Below, piece after piece: positions 48,491 to 61,247 of a stretch of 64,000 nucleotides of DNA. The stretch's first letter is position 1. Each line of letters opens with the position of its first letter. Under the pieces are notes generated by a model, which was given only the letters and a program-made list of their open reading frames with translations, searched no databases and was not told the DNA's origin. This DNA is from Chiloscyllium plagiosum (taxonomy: Eukaryota), in contig NC_057720.1 of assembly GCF_004010195.1 (NCBI RefSeq), positions 29,789,631 to 29,853,630 on the forward strand, in the 5' to 3' direction. Position numbers and translations under genes: made by a program.

Positions 48491-50399
48491 TATTCTATAT
48501 TATTTAAACATTTTGTTGTTTATATATTGATGTAAAGAAAAGCTTCTCATTAAAGGATACTTTCAGTGGATTAGTAGTTATCACCCTCAAATTATTTTCC
48601 ATTTACAATCTATGTTAATGGAGAGCCAATATTGCAATATTACAATTCTATAAAGGGAATTTGGATGCATAGTTTTGCTTTAATCCATAACAAAATCTAC
48701 ATTTCTTTCCTTAATTTATTGTTGTTTTCATTCATTGTTCACAGGACTTGTGTGTTACTGGTAGGGTCACATTTCTAGCCTGTGTCAGGTTGCATTAAGA
48801 GCAATGTGGAACCCTCTTCATGCTGAAGTAGTCATTGAGGTGAAGGGTCCATTTTGCAACAGCTATAATACAAAATAATGATGTTAGAAAGCTTTAGGAA
48901 TCATTATGTATCAATCTTAAATTACTCTAAATCTCCTTCGATGTTACCAATTTCTTAACTTCAGCATGTTTTTGGTATCCTCAGCAAATTAATATATGTA
49001 GGAAGCTAGAGTAATTCTTCATCAGTATGCCTTAATATGGATCTCATTAGAGCTATCCTCACTGCTCCAAGGTGGTAATTCAATTTCTGACACTATTCAT
49101 TACTGTGTCTTTTTTCAGTGGAACTACCTTCTTAATGGCAACTGTGAGATTTATGCATACAATACTTATGGATGTTACTTGTGCTTAGATGGATTTTAAT
49201 TACACTTATTTCTTATGAATGTTCACATTCATTGAAGTCGGGTGGAGACTACCCCAAAATCATCTTAAAGTCTTGCTGGTGGCACAGGTGACAATTTCAC
49301 CATCAGTCCAAGCCCAGGATGTAAAAAAGAAGTCCTAACCCACTTCTACCACTTGGAAGATAATGCGGAGTTTCATTTGGGAGGGTTCAAGGATCATTAG
49401 AGTGCAGGTGGAGGTTAAGGCTTAGCTGGGGCAGTGAGACGTCAATGACAAGGGGCTCCAGGGGACTACGCTGGAAAGCAAGAAGCAATGGGAATGTGAA
49501 CTGGTGAGGCTATAACAGAGTGGGGACATGTGTTTGCACTCAAATGGCCCAGTGAGCAAGCTGTGAGACACTGAAATGGCTCCTGAAACTATCTACTAGC
49601 ATAGTTTATTACTGATGACCTTCATTATCAAGCAAAATACTGCAGATATTGGAAATTAGAAATTAGAAATGGGGACAGAAAATGTTGAAATGGAAGGATT
49701 TCAACCCAATATGTTAACTATTTGTCCCAATCCACAGATGCTGCCTGACCTCTTGAGTTTTTCCAATTTCTTTCTGTTCCAATCTCAGATTTACAGCATC
49801 CATCGTATTCTAATATTTTATTTGTGTGATTCACTGCCGCTTCCTTTCCAGATTGGAGAAGTTCAATTCTTTCTCACCAATGGGATTTGCTGTTTGTTCC
49901 TTTCACTTAGCTCATTTGTATAGTTTTCTAATTCCTTTTACAGGTTTGATCAGACATCCATCAAAACACACTGCTACAACCAGCTCTATTAAAATATGTT
50001 GGTCATCATTTTTATTCTCGGGTTTTGATCATGCTTTTGTAATAAAATTCAGGAACTCCAGAAATACCAGCAGTGGGCCCTTATGGGGCATTTGGAGGAG
50101 GTAACCAAATAATAGGCCGTTTCAAGGACTCTTGTCCAATTAAATATGATGACAAGTTCCCAAGTCCCAAAGACCAAAAGTATGCTATCCAGTTTCAAAG
50201 ATAAGCTGCCCACCATCAGATATGAGCAACAGCTAAAGTAGGGAGGAAAACACAAGGGTGCCTCTATTCCTAGTCACTGGCCACAAATGGTGAAACATGA
50301 GAGGGACCAAAGGCCTAAAGCCATTGTATAGGAGGGGAAAGGGAATGCCCCAACCCCCATCACCCCAACAGACTCTGCAGCAGTTGCAGCTATTTATGA

Positions 50400-51180
50400 A
50401 AGAAGTGTTCTCCTCAATGGATGGAGTAAATTAGAATTGCTGCAACTTTATAGACCCTTAGTGAGACAACACCTGGAGTTCTGGTCTTTTACCTGAATAA
50501 GGATATTCTTTCCAAAATCGGTGCACAAAGCAAGTTCACCAGGTGGAGGACTGCCTTTAAGAAGCGACTGAAGAGACTAGTCCTTCATTATCTACAGCTC
50601 AGAAGAATGAAAAGCAACCAAATTAAACCACACAAAATTCAGAGAGGGCTTGACAGGATTAGTGCAGCAAAAATGTTTCCTGTGTCTGGGGGATCTCGAA
50701 CTCACTGAGGCTCCTTCAACAATATGTTCAAAACCCATTCCATATACCACATGGGAGGACAAGGTTACAGATGTATGGAAACCCCACCACATGCAGAATT
50801 CCTTTCCAAACCACACATGTTCTTGACTTGGAACCATGTCATATTTCGTTGTCACTGGGTCAAAATCCTGGAAATCCATTCCTAACAGTACTATGGATGT
50901 ACTATAACTGCATTAACTGCAATGAATCAACAAGGCAGCTCACCACCTTCTCAATGACAATTAGAACATAGAACATAGAAAGGTTCAGCACAGAACAGGC
51001 CCTTTGGCCCACGATGTTGTGCCGAGGTTTAATCCTAATGTAAAATATAATAACTTAACCTACGCACCCCTCAACTCACTGCTCTCCATGTAGATGATAA
51101 ATGCTGACAAGATCAACAACACCCACATCCTGAGAAAGAACTTTTTAAAAAATAAACTAGGTACAGTCCCAGAATAACAG
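50400..51180. mobile_element. Mosaic of CR1 fragments (family A +, family B +, short minus tail 50963-51090)
   Basis: LLQLYRPLVRQHLEFW, CR1-B UTR blocks, and an AGAACATAGAACATAGAA tail. Confidence 0.65.
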
Positions 51181-51314
51181 TACCATGGAGACCTGGTGAT
51201 TGAGTATATCAAAATCAAAATTTCTAGATTTCTCAAATTTCAGCATCTGAAAAGGTAATTTCCATGTTCTGGTTGGAAAAAACAAGATGTTCTTTCACTT
51301 AGAACAAAGTCTAA

Positions 51315-51700
51315 CTTGTTATTTGTATCATGCCTTTGACATCAGGATGTGCTGAAGTACTTTGCAGTTTAGTAGTTTTAAGCTGGAATCATAATTGTAA
51401 TGTTGCAATTCCTACACCCAATTTCAGTACAGCACAGACTTATGAACAACGCTGTGTGAATGAGCATATAAACTGTTTTGGTAATGTTAGTTGAGCAATA
51501 AATATTAACCAAGCCAACAGTTATACCACTTCTTTGATTAGTACCATAGGACCTTTACAATCTACTGCAATGGCAGGCAGACGCATTGCTTAACATGAAC
51601 TTCTAAAAGATAGTACCTCCAAAGATAGAGTATTCCCGTAGGATTACACGGAGGAGTCATCAGATATTTCATGCTCAAGTCTCTAGTCTGAAACTCACTA
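51315..51700 (-). mobile_element. Deu-domain SINE
   Basis: Reverse complement is colinear with 16630-16992 (TAGTACCATAGGACCTTTACA, AAAGATAGTACCTCC, TTAGTTGAGCAATAAATATT). Confidence 0.7.
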
Positions 51701-52965
51701 CTTTGTGCCGCATAATAAATGTGCTGTAACATAATCCCTAATTCTATACAGCTGTCTGACCCGCCTTTATGCTAACAGGGAAATAGCTGTACTTACAAGT
51801 GATCAGCAGAGGTATTGGTACAAAAGTTTCATAGGTAGCTAGTTTGCATTCCTGTTGGAGAAACCAGTTGTCCAAAACATAGGTAAAATGACAGCAATGT
51901 GATGAATGTATAGAAATTAAAATTATAGTCTTAAAATGTCACTCCTTATCAAGTAGTTGGATGGAACAGGAGTAAGGAGCTGTATGTAGTTGACTGTGAG
52001 AGAAATTGGTCCTCATTGTATCAGTTTTCTGGGAATAAAGAGTAAGAAAAGGGCAAATTTCAGGGAATAATGAGCGATATCTTCAAATACCATTTGACAT
52101 TTGGAGACATCTTCCATATGTAAATAGGGAGCCTATCAACAATATGAAGAACTCCTCTGGAAATTGATCAGTACTGAGCAGAATATTGATTAGGCCTCAT
52201 CCATGAAGTTTTGGAACTCTTTAAAGAGACCACTGGAAGCAGCCAATAAAACTGAGGTTTAATGGGGAACAGAGCTCTCCACCAAAATTGCTTGTCTGTG
52301 CAAGCCACCTTCTATTCTCTGAACTCCTCACAAAAGCCAGTTGTGTTGAAGGTTCTTAATGATGTTATCTTGGGAAATCCATGGACAATGAGTCAATCTA
52401 AAGAGAAGGGAAAGTAAAAGACCTATTAAGTTGGTAAAAGTTAAGCAAACTAATTAAAATAGTTCATTAACAAGTAAAACAAGCATTTCACAATATTATC
52501 TTTTATAGCTTTTGTTTGAAAGTGTGCCTATTTTACTATATTCATTGTAAACCTATTCACATAAATCCAGGGATTTTAAAAATAGGTTATTCATGTCTCT
52601 TTTGGATTTTACCAGCTACAGATCTAGACTTGATAAATAGACGTGAGGTTGGTACATATGCCTTACGTTTCTAATAATCTGCATAATCTGTTGTGCATAA
52701 CAGGAATTAAAAGCAAAATATTGTGGATGCTGGAAAGCTGAAATTTAAAAAAAAGTGCTGGAGAAACTCAACAGGTCTAGCAGCATCTGTAGAGAGAGAA
52801 AAAGCATTATCATTTTGAGTTGTTATAGCATTCAAGGCTATGGATCTCTTACAGGGAAGTGGAACCAGTGTAGGTAGTTCGGTAGTGTATTTTGGCAGCA
52901 CAGGCTGGTGGATCGAATGGCCTCTTCTGTACTACATTATTCTATCAATCCAGTATACTCTCTTC

Positions 52966-53258
52966 AGTGGTTAGCACTGCTGCCTCACAGCGCCAGGGAC
53001 CCGGGTTTGATTCCAGCCGGGCGACTGTCTGTGTGGAGTTTGTACATTCTCCCCCTGTCTGCGTGGGTTTCCTCCGGGTGCTCCGGTTTTCTGCCACAGC
53101 CCAAAGATGTGCATGTTAGGTGAATTGGCCGTGCTGAATTGCCCATAGTGATAGGTGCATTTGTCAGAGGGAAATGGGTCTGGGTGGGTTACTCTTCGGA
53201 GGGTCAGTGTGAACTTGTTGGGCCGAAGGGCCTGTTTCTGCACTGTAGGGAATCTAAA
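52966..53258 (+). mobile_element. HE1-type SINE, slightly 5'-truncated
   Basis: CAGTGGTTAGCACTGCTGCCTCACAGCGCCAGGGACCCGGGTTTGATTCC...GGGCCGAAGGGCCTGTTTC..CACTGTAGGGAATCTAA. Confidence 0.93.
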
Positions 53259-53299
53259 CACTAAAAACGCAATGCAAAGATGGTTTTTTATTGCCTTGT

Positions 53300-56200
53300 T
53301 TGCTCAGAATGATTGTTATGACTTAATTGCGAATAAAATATGGTAAAAGGATCCTAATGGTATACATTCCCAACTGACCATAATTGCAAAAATGGCCTGT
53401 TTTGAAGACTGTATAAACTAAAAGTAGCATATAAATTAAAAAGATGGTATGAAGCTACTTTGAATGTGTTTGAAGTCCTGAAAAATCTAAGCTGAAATAT
53501 GTTCCATAAACCAAAAGCATTTCCCGGTCGCTTACAGTGTCCAATGTCAGCCACGTAATATCCAACCTGTGTAATTTAGCTGTCTGTAAATATCATGTCC
53601 AGAATTAAGAAAAAGGTAATTGCCCTTTTAAGAATTTCTTCCTCGCGCTTATTAGTGCTTTAGTTTCACGTACAGCTTACGGTATTTTTTTTCTTCGAAG
53701 CTAAATCATTTCTCATCGATCTAGTTTTGTTTTATATCAAGTCCAGCCTGGACAGCAGTTTGGCGTTCCTCTTCAGATGTCTTCAGGCCAATTGGGTCCA
53801 GACGCCAGGAATCAATACATTCGGAACCACATGGGTCAGGGTTCAATGAGGACTTTGACAAATGTGTCAAATGTCCTTGACTTTTCCAGTGCTGAGTCCA
53901 ACTCGGACCTGTTCGGATCCATCACTGATTTGTTGAGCTTGTCATAAAAGCACATTTTGAGCTATGATGAAGTCTTGCCTATCTGATATTAGAATGACTC
54001 CGTGCGAGAGGGTCACAGCTTATAGGCAGCGCATGTCACGCCGAACATACAGAGAGAAAAAAAACAGGCGCACATAATCACAGAATACCCAGAGGAAAAG
54101 CAACTGTCCAGGGAGAATCCCCAACGCGTGCTTTACTGTGGGACCCTCTGCTATTTTAAAAAGGGTTGCCTAGCAGCCTGGTTCACCTCCACCGTGCACT
54201 ACCCAACGTTGTGGGTCAAGCTGCAAAATCGATACCTGTCGTGTGGGCGATTAAGTAACATGCCTTGGTCATGCCATGTAATTTAAGTTCCGAACAATGT
54301 GTTAACAAGCTGTTACATATGTTACTTCGGTGAATTGTAATTGCGTTTAGTGCAATGTGGAAATAAATGATTCGCAAAATAAAAAGTAAATGATAAAATA
54401 TATAAATGGCGCGTTTAAGTTGAATTGTGAGGTGGTTTTCAATGAAGGGTGTGTAGATATATGTGGGGCAGGTAACTTCAGTGAATTGTTATGGCCATCT
54501 TCTATCAAAAAGAATCTAAACGGGGCGAAACAGAAATATCAAGTGCAGTAGGTGAATGTAAGTCCATCCTGAAACAGTTGCGTGCTGCATTCTGCAGTTC
54601 CCGTCATCCAGGGGGCTTCATATTGTGTGTGTGTGTGTGTATTCACTCTCAGCCTCTGTGCCTGCGGAGCGTTCCAATGACAGAGGGTTTAACCTCTAGC
54701 TCCTGCTCCCTGTCCCTCACACCTTCCCACCAAGAGCTGACGGTGCTCCCCCAGTTGATAGATGTCCCCAGCGCATTAAACAAGACGTGGTCCTCGCTCA
54801 CTTGAATTAGTTGAGGCTTTAGTGCCATTTGGTACCATCGTGCTGTGCCAGGTGGTCACACCAGTGACACAGATGCTGCCTGACGAATATTCGCCTCATT
54901 CTCCACCCTCCCCGCACCAAGTCTCCTCTCCCACTCTCCGCCATCTCCTTTTAGCTGGGGCACAGTAAAGGACGCGTCGGGGAGTTGATGCGACCCTTTG
55001 GGAGAGGGAGGCAGGCAAGCCCTGGGCTATCGAGCGGCTGCTGAGAGATCAGCCCAGCTCTTTACATGCTCACTTGGGCTCAGCAAGAGACTCTTTATCG
55101 GAGATAGAAATGTTTACAGCTGCGGCTTAGAATCGGCTCGATCCTCCTTTCCTTTTATTTGGAGGGGGGTGCTGGGGGGAAATGTGGAGAGGCCCGGAGG
55201 AATGTTAAAAAAAAGGGACCTGCATTTGGGATAAAGGCAAATGACTCCCAACCTGTTCAGATTAGGAATGACACCATCCGCACTCCGATCAGTCGAGGAC
55301 CCCAGGGCAGGTTGTGATAAACGGTCAGGGCAGCGGGTTAATAGGGGATGATATTTAACCGAGAACACGTCTTTCTAAAAAGTGCAATTTGTAAAGCATG
55401 GAGTTAGCGCCGGATTAAAGCAAAAGAAAAATAAATAAAACAATCTGCCTCAGTGAGTCGATAATTCTAGAAACTGTAAGATTTATAGTTTCATAAGTGG
55501 AGAAGCTGTCATGCTCAGGGAATTCCCGGCCAGTCTTTGCAATGGGATTTCATTTTGATCTAGCCTGCTTGGTCATCTGCACTGAGAGGCTGCACAGTCG
55601 GTTCGGCTCCTGTCCCCATCTACCTTTAGTTATTAAGGTGATTCTCTTTATGATTAACGTCATTTCGCGACAGCAAGACTGAACCGACCCTACTGATTGA
55701 CATTGTGATAATCGCATTATTAATAATGAACGATCGGTTTGTGGATCAGGCAACGGAGTTTTTGTTTCCTTTCCTACATATCCATCGCCAAAGGACCGTA
55801 ACTAACAATGGAAGATTTCAAAATCTTTAAAGCAAATTGTTTTGATGGCCAGGTGACTCCACAAACCGCCCTTATGAAAATACCTGGTGCCACTCTATCC
55901 CTCCACTGTCTGCAAATATGATTTTTACTTCGGTTAACTGAGGGTCTCTGCAAATGAAGTGGACATTCCAGTAGCCGGAATCAGTTTTTAAAAAGTATAC
56001 AACTCTTTATCTTTGTCGGTCTGACATGGGAGACGAATATCCAAGCACTGAAGTAAAATAAGACAGAAACTGTGATGCAACACACAGAATTGCAATACTT
56101 TGGAATACCGTCTACAATGAGGGTATGTTTGCCACCCTACTCCGTTGTGAAAAGAAGCACCTTATTTTTTTAATTGCATATTTTATTTACATTCTCTAAT

Positions 56201-59200
56201 CTGAACAGGAACCATGTTTGTATTCGTTTTATTTCTATTTTCCAAATATATCACCACCCCCCTTCCCCGCAGCCCCCATTAAACGGTTGAAATAGACAGA
56301 TCGTTGGGCAAATACTAACTCTGCTGGCGATCAATTCACATTCTGTCGGCTCGGCATTGTAAAGTTACATTAAGCTTCGTAATGAGATCCTCATTGAAAC
56401 ATTGAAAAGAAATTAAGCTCTGTTGGGTGATTATCCTGTTAATTAACCCATTTCAACCTGTTCCCATTCTATTAGGGCCCATCACAACAGCTCTCTTTCG
56501 CTGTAATTTCACTCTCTATTGTAGCAGTTGTCTTTGGGCACACCGAGGGGAGAGGGGGAGAAAAAAACGGAGGTAAAGCAGCCAGACTCTGCACCACCCT
56601 GCTAAATGAAGGTTTGTCCAGCTTTCCTTCCCCCTCAGGCCACAAGCTCCTGTGTAAGGACAGGCCATTTGTAACCAGCATCCCCAGCCTCTTCGTACAA
56701 TTAATATTCACCAACAGCGAGCTTATTCAGATTCACACAACAGTGAGCTCATTAGGATGATGAAGTGCTTTTGCTGGTGAGTGGATTTGTTTTTGTTATA
56801 TATACGCAGATCTTCCGAACGTGCTGTTAAACGGTAGCATTTTTTTCTAAAGTACGCTAATTGATGACGCCTCCAGGAAACGGGCGTAGGTTTTTTTTAT
56901 AAAGTTGAGCTCCGACCATGGTAACAGCACAATTGCATAAACATATTTTAGGAAGAATGATTGGAAGTGAAGCTTTTTACATCAAGTCTAGAAGACGCCA
57001 TTGTCAGAAGACAGACTGAGCCTATTTTCAAATATATGGAAATCTTCCTTGTTTTATTAACAGAGACATTAATGCCTACTAAAAATATGTATTTGAACGC
57101 ATATTTAAAGTAAGAGCCGCATGTGCTAAGTTTAATTAGAAGCGGTTGCTGCGACATTAATTACATAAGTAACTTTAAGATTGTTGCACTATCTTAGACC
57201 CCACATCACTGTTAGAATGAGTCGGTATGGTTATTCAGTGAAGTATTTATAGGTATAAGGTAAAATAAACATATTCCCACTGAAAATTAAATGGAAAATA
57301 TGAAATGTATCAATCATTACACAAGATGCCTCCAAGGTTTTCCATGCCTCCCCACATCGGCAATATGGATATTAATAGAAGCATAATTTTAATTAAATAC
57401 CCAACAGGCAACTTTATATAACTTAAACCACAGGTCTAAATTACATGCTTTCCAAGTCGATATCTATATATCATTCCCAGTTAACGTTTGCATGGGTATT
57501 CGCTAAATACTCATCCCAATGAGACACCGATGAGTGTCAATAATAATCTGTGAAAATAGAGAATACGTGAGAGAACAATGGAATGATTTATTCCATTGGC
57601 GTTGAAGGCGGTATATACCGCATTTGTGGCTGCCAGCGGAATATTATTGATTAAACACATCTATTTATATTTTCGTGCCAACGTGCTTGTAAGCATAGAA
57701 AATTGCCCGATTTTACACTGTCAGTGTTTTAATAATTGATTCTCATCTGTTTTGCTGTCCTATTTGACTAAGTGCTTACCCCAAAGGAAAGAAAAATGAG
57801 GGAAATGGCGTTGAAGTACTTCGCCACTGGATGAAGCCACTAGTTAGCATCAAACAAGTACGTGAAGTATTTAGCACAATGTTGAAATTCGAAGTAAGTG
57901 AAAGGCTGTGATAATAGCATCACAGCCGGGCTAAACATAGGAGGGTTTGGTTGAATGAATATGCTGCAGGGAGACAGGACTTAGAGAGGAGCAGCCTGAA
58001 GGCACCTGCCCAGCTTCTGATGCGATTTTCCGTCCTAATACTCAGCAGTCTGCGAGCTTCAAGACAAATCTGTCACAAATGATACTGTTTAAAATGAGGT
58101 CTTATTCTGTCTTGATGGTCATACATTAAGGAGCTGAAATTGCAACAAATGCCATTGCCTTTTGATCGATACCTTATCACGCCTCTTGACATTCAGCTAT
58201 TGATGGGCCAGAGGCATTATTCATTTTTTTCTCTCTTTTCACAGAGCTATTTGACTTGACTTGGGGGCTAGATTATTGACACGTACATGTGCATTTGGTG
58301 CTCCTTAGTGACACTTGGAGCTAGTAAAAAAGACCTTCGGGAGGCCGCCCTGCCAGAATGGGAAAGTGATGTATGGTCACTGGTGACCGCTGGTTGCAAT
58401 GGCCGGAGAAAGAACACGGCCTCAGCAATCTGCAAGCTGCGCGGGCAGATTACTTGTGGAAAATAAGTGCTGGAAGGCACTTGTTATCAACTGCGAATGA
58501 AATGTCCCTGTCCCCAGCCACCAGATTTAAGGGACTCTGGTTGGAGGAGTTCCACCCTGGTGGCTCGTTTGTGTCTGAGCCAAGAAAGAAGGCAGTAATC
58601 CATGACATATCAATTCTTTGGCTTCAGCCGAGAAGTGCTCACAGAGCAGAATTATTTTTGCTAGTGTTTTCCAAATGTAAAAGTTCCAATGTAACAGTTA
58701 TATAAAACTGAGGAGCAAATAGAAACCGATTTAAAAACGCACCTACTCTTACTATGTTCTGAAACTTGACAATAAAATCAACACTAACCATTCTATTTGG
58801 TAATGCTAGTACAATTCCGGCTTCCAGGGAATTGCTAACCGCATAATGATTTTAGACGCTTTTAGACAAAATCCACTCGTCTGGTTATATGGGTCTGTGA
58901 TTCACCACCAGTGAAACACGTTAGAGGCGTTTGTGTGCTGATGGACCATGCACATACAGTGGTGATGATACATCATGAGTATTTTCGGGAACATAAGAAA
59001 CAATTCACATGTTTTAGATGTAATGTAAACACACTTTTAAGTTCTGGAGGTGTTAATGGTGTACAGTAATATGATCTCCTTTAAGTTTAGAACGGTATGG
59101 AAATACTTGCCCTATAATACAAGCTATTAAGAGGTTCAATCGAGTTGCCATTCACATCCCAGTGTCTTAATAAGCAACTTTCAATGACTCTTGCTCTGTT

Positions 59201-60420
59201 TAATTTCCTTCGATATTTTTCCTCTTCTTAAAGTAAGCACACCATTTTTCTCCTTATCTTGTTTAAACTTGGAGGAGCAAAGGTTTCCTTGTCCACCTTA
59301 AATTCCGCAAAACATTACGTGGCGAAGGTTGGAAGCTCAATGCTAGCTGTCGCCACCAATGGACCACAGCATCGACACATCGTATATGAAATTTGTTTAC
59401 TGAGCTTGTAAGTGGTCATGTCTGGCGTGGTCACAAGGTAGGCTCGACCCAATTTCTTGCTGGAGTAAGCAAACTGGGCACTATTTCTCACTGTGTAGCA
59501 TTTCCTCTCTCTGTAACCAGGTTGACTCGAAAAATTGCGCGAGGGTCTGGAGTAGTGACATATTAATGCCACTGATAGAGACCTGGGTGAAAGTTGCCTG
59601 ACAATCCATTTTTGCACAGTGGATTACGAGTGTTCAAATCCTAAAATTGCAATGTCTCCAATCCTAAAAGGCAGGTCTAAACCAGGCTCAGGGTGGTCTA
59701 AGTTTCGAATTAGGATTTATAACAAAAAAAAAGCTAAACCAAGAAGAACATCAGATGCCATAAAAGTAAAATAAATAGTGGAAACTATTGCAAATCGTTG
59801 TAACACTTAACATTGACGCAGAGGATAATGATTGACTGGCGACAAGTTCCAAGGCCCTGTTCCCATTGAGTGCTCCATTGCAATGGTATGATTAAGTTAC
59901 AAACCTACAAACCTACAATTCAATCTTGCAATTCTTCCCATGTTAAAATACTAACCCGTTTTTGTCAAAAGAAAAACCATTCTCTGTATATCCAGACTAC
60001 AGTTTCATAGACAGCTGCAGTCATTCGGAGCTTTCTCCAAACACATTGTAAAGCCGGGTAGTGAGTGTTTGTGGTCTGTTGGGGCCCTTTGCTGCTGTGT
60101 TGGCAATCCAAAGGGGCAATTTAACGTTGAAACGCAGCTCGGGCTGACATCCACATTTTTTGTCGATGTTTTCTTGCACTTTGTGCGAAACGTTAGCAAG
60201 GTAGTTATTAATGTGTATCCCTGTCATTAAGAGCCGGCCATTAAGGGTCACCTGTAAGGGTGGCAGCTTTCTTTTCCTGAGCGGTATTAGCGAATCAGTC
60301 TTCTCTACTCCATATCAAACCTCGTTTTATTTTAGTTTTGCCCTCAACTGGCTTTATTTCCATTTTCTTTTACCAAGCTCAAGTTTTCAAATTGCCTTGA
60401 TGGGAGTTTAATCCAAAACC
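53300..60420. promoter_or_regulatory. Apparently TE-free, CpG-retaining unique block; candidate cis-regulatory/CNE cluster
   Basis: No recognisable copy of any repeat family seen elsewhere in the window over ~7 kb. CG dinucleotides are visibly more frequent, there are TAAT/ATTA-dense sub-blocks, and no credible ORF. Confidence 0.55.
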
Positions 60421-60431
60421 TGTGCATTATT

Positions 60432-60678
60432 GGGAGCAAATGCGGACTGCAGATGCTGGAGGTCAGAGTCGAGGGTGTGGTGCTGGAAAAACACAGCAGG
60501 TCAGGCAGCATCCGAGGAGCAGGAGAATGGACGTTTCAGGCATAAGCCCTTATCCCTTCGGGCAATGCCCGAAACGTCGATTCTCCTGTTCCTCGGATGC
60601 TGCCTGACCTGCTGTGCTTTTCCAGCACCACTCTAATCTTGACTCTGATCTCCAGCATCTGCAGTCCTCACTTTCTCG
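60432..60678. mobile_element. Family-A PLE hairpin
   Basis: GGACTGCAGATGCTGGAG..GTGGTGCTGGAAAAACACAGCAGGTCAGGCAGCATCCGAGG is inverted relative to 60566-60678. Confidence 0.88.
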
Positions 60679-60919
60679 ATTTTAATAGTCCAGTAAAATT
60701 TCCACCATGCCATGGTATTCGATGTCATGTAGCTACAATATCTTCTATATGTATCATATATAACTCGCAAATGAGTTACAACGAATTACCTCAGAATGCG
60801 TTAGTGAGGTCAAATTGCAGGGAATTCTATAGTTTTCCTCTGTTCAGACCATTCCATGGGATTTTGAATTCCAAATAGGGGAATAGATCATTGAGGGAAA
60901 ACTTCCGGAATGAATTTGT

Positions 60920-61247
60920 GGGCGGCACGGTGGCACAGTGGTTAGCACTGCTGCCTCACAGCGCCAGAGACCCGGGTTCAATTCCCGACTCAGGCGACTG
61001 ACTGTGTGGAGTTTGCACGTTCTCCCCGTGTCTGCGTGGGTTTCCTCCGGGTGCTCCGGTTTCCTCCCACAATCCAAAAAAAATGTGCGGGTCAGGTGAA
61101 TTGGCCATGCTAAATTGCCCGTAGTGTTAGGCTGAAGGGGTAAATGTAGGGGTATGGGTGGGTTGCGCTTCGGCGGGTCGGTGTGGACTTGTTGGGCCGA
61201 AGGGCCTGTTTCCACACTGTAAGTAATCTAATCTAATCTAATCTAAT
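60920..61247 (+). mobile_element. HE1-type SINE, full length, young
   Basis: GGGCGGCACGGTGGCACAGTGGTTAGCACTGC, B-box GGTTCAATTCC, CpGs largely intact, and (AATCT)4 tail. Confidence 0.95.

Noticed and set aside
55151..55162. CArG box
   Set aside because: CCTTTTATTTGG has 8 A/T bases between CC and GG, not the 6 required.
58373..58705. 110-aa ORF in the unique block (likewise 54491-54805)
   Set aside because: No recognisable homology or exon structure, and the length is compatible with chance.
60920..61000. tRNA gene
   Set aside because: The A/B boxes are the head of an HE1 SINE, continuing into the SINE body and tail. The same applies to the other copies.
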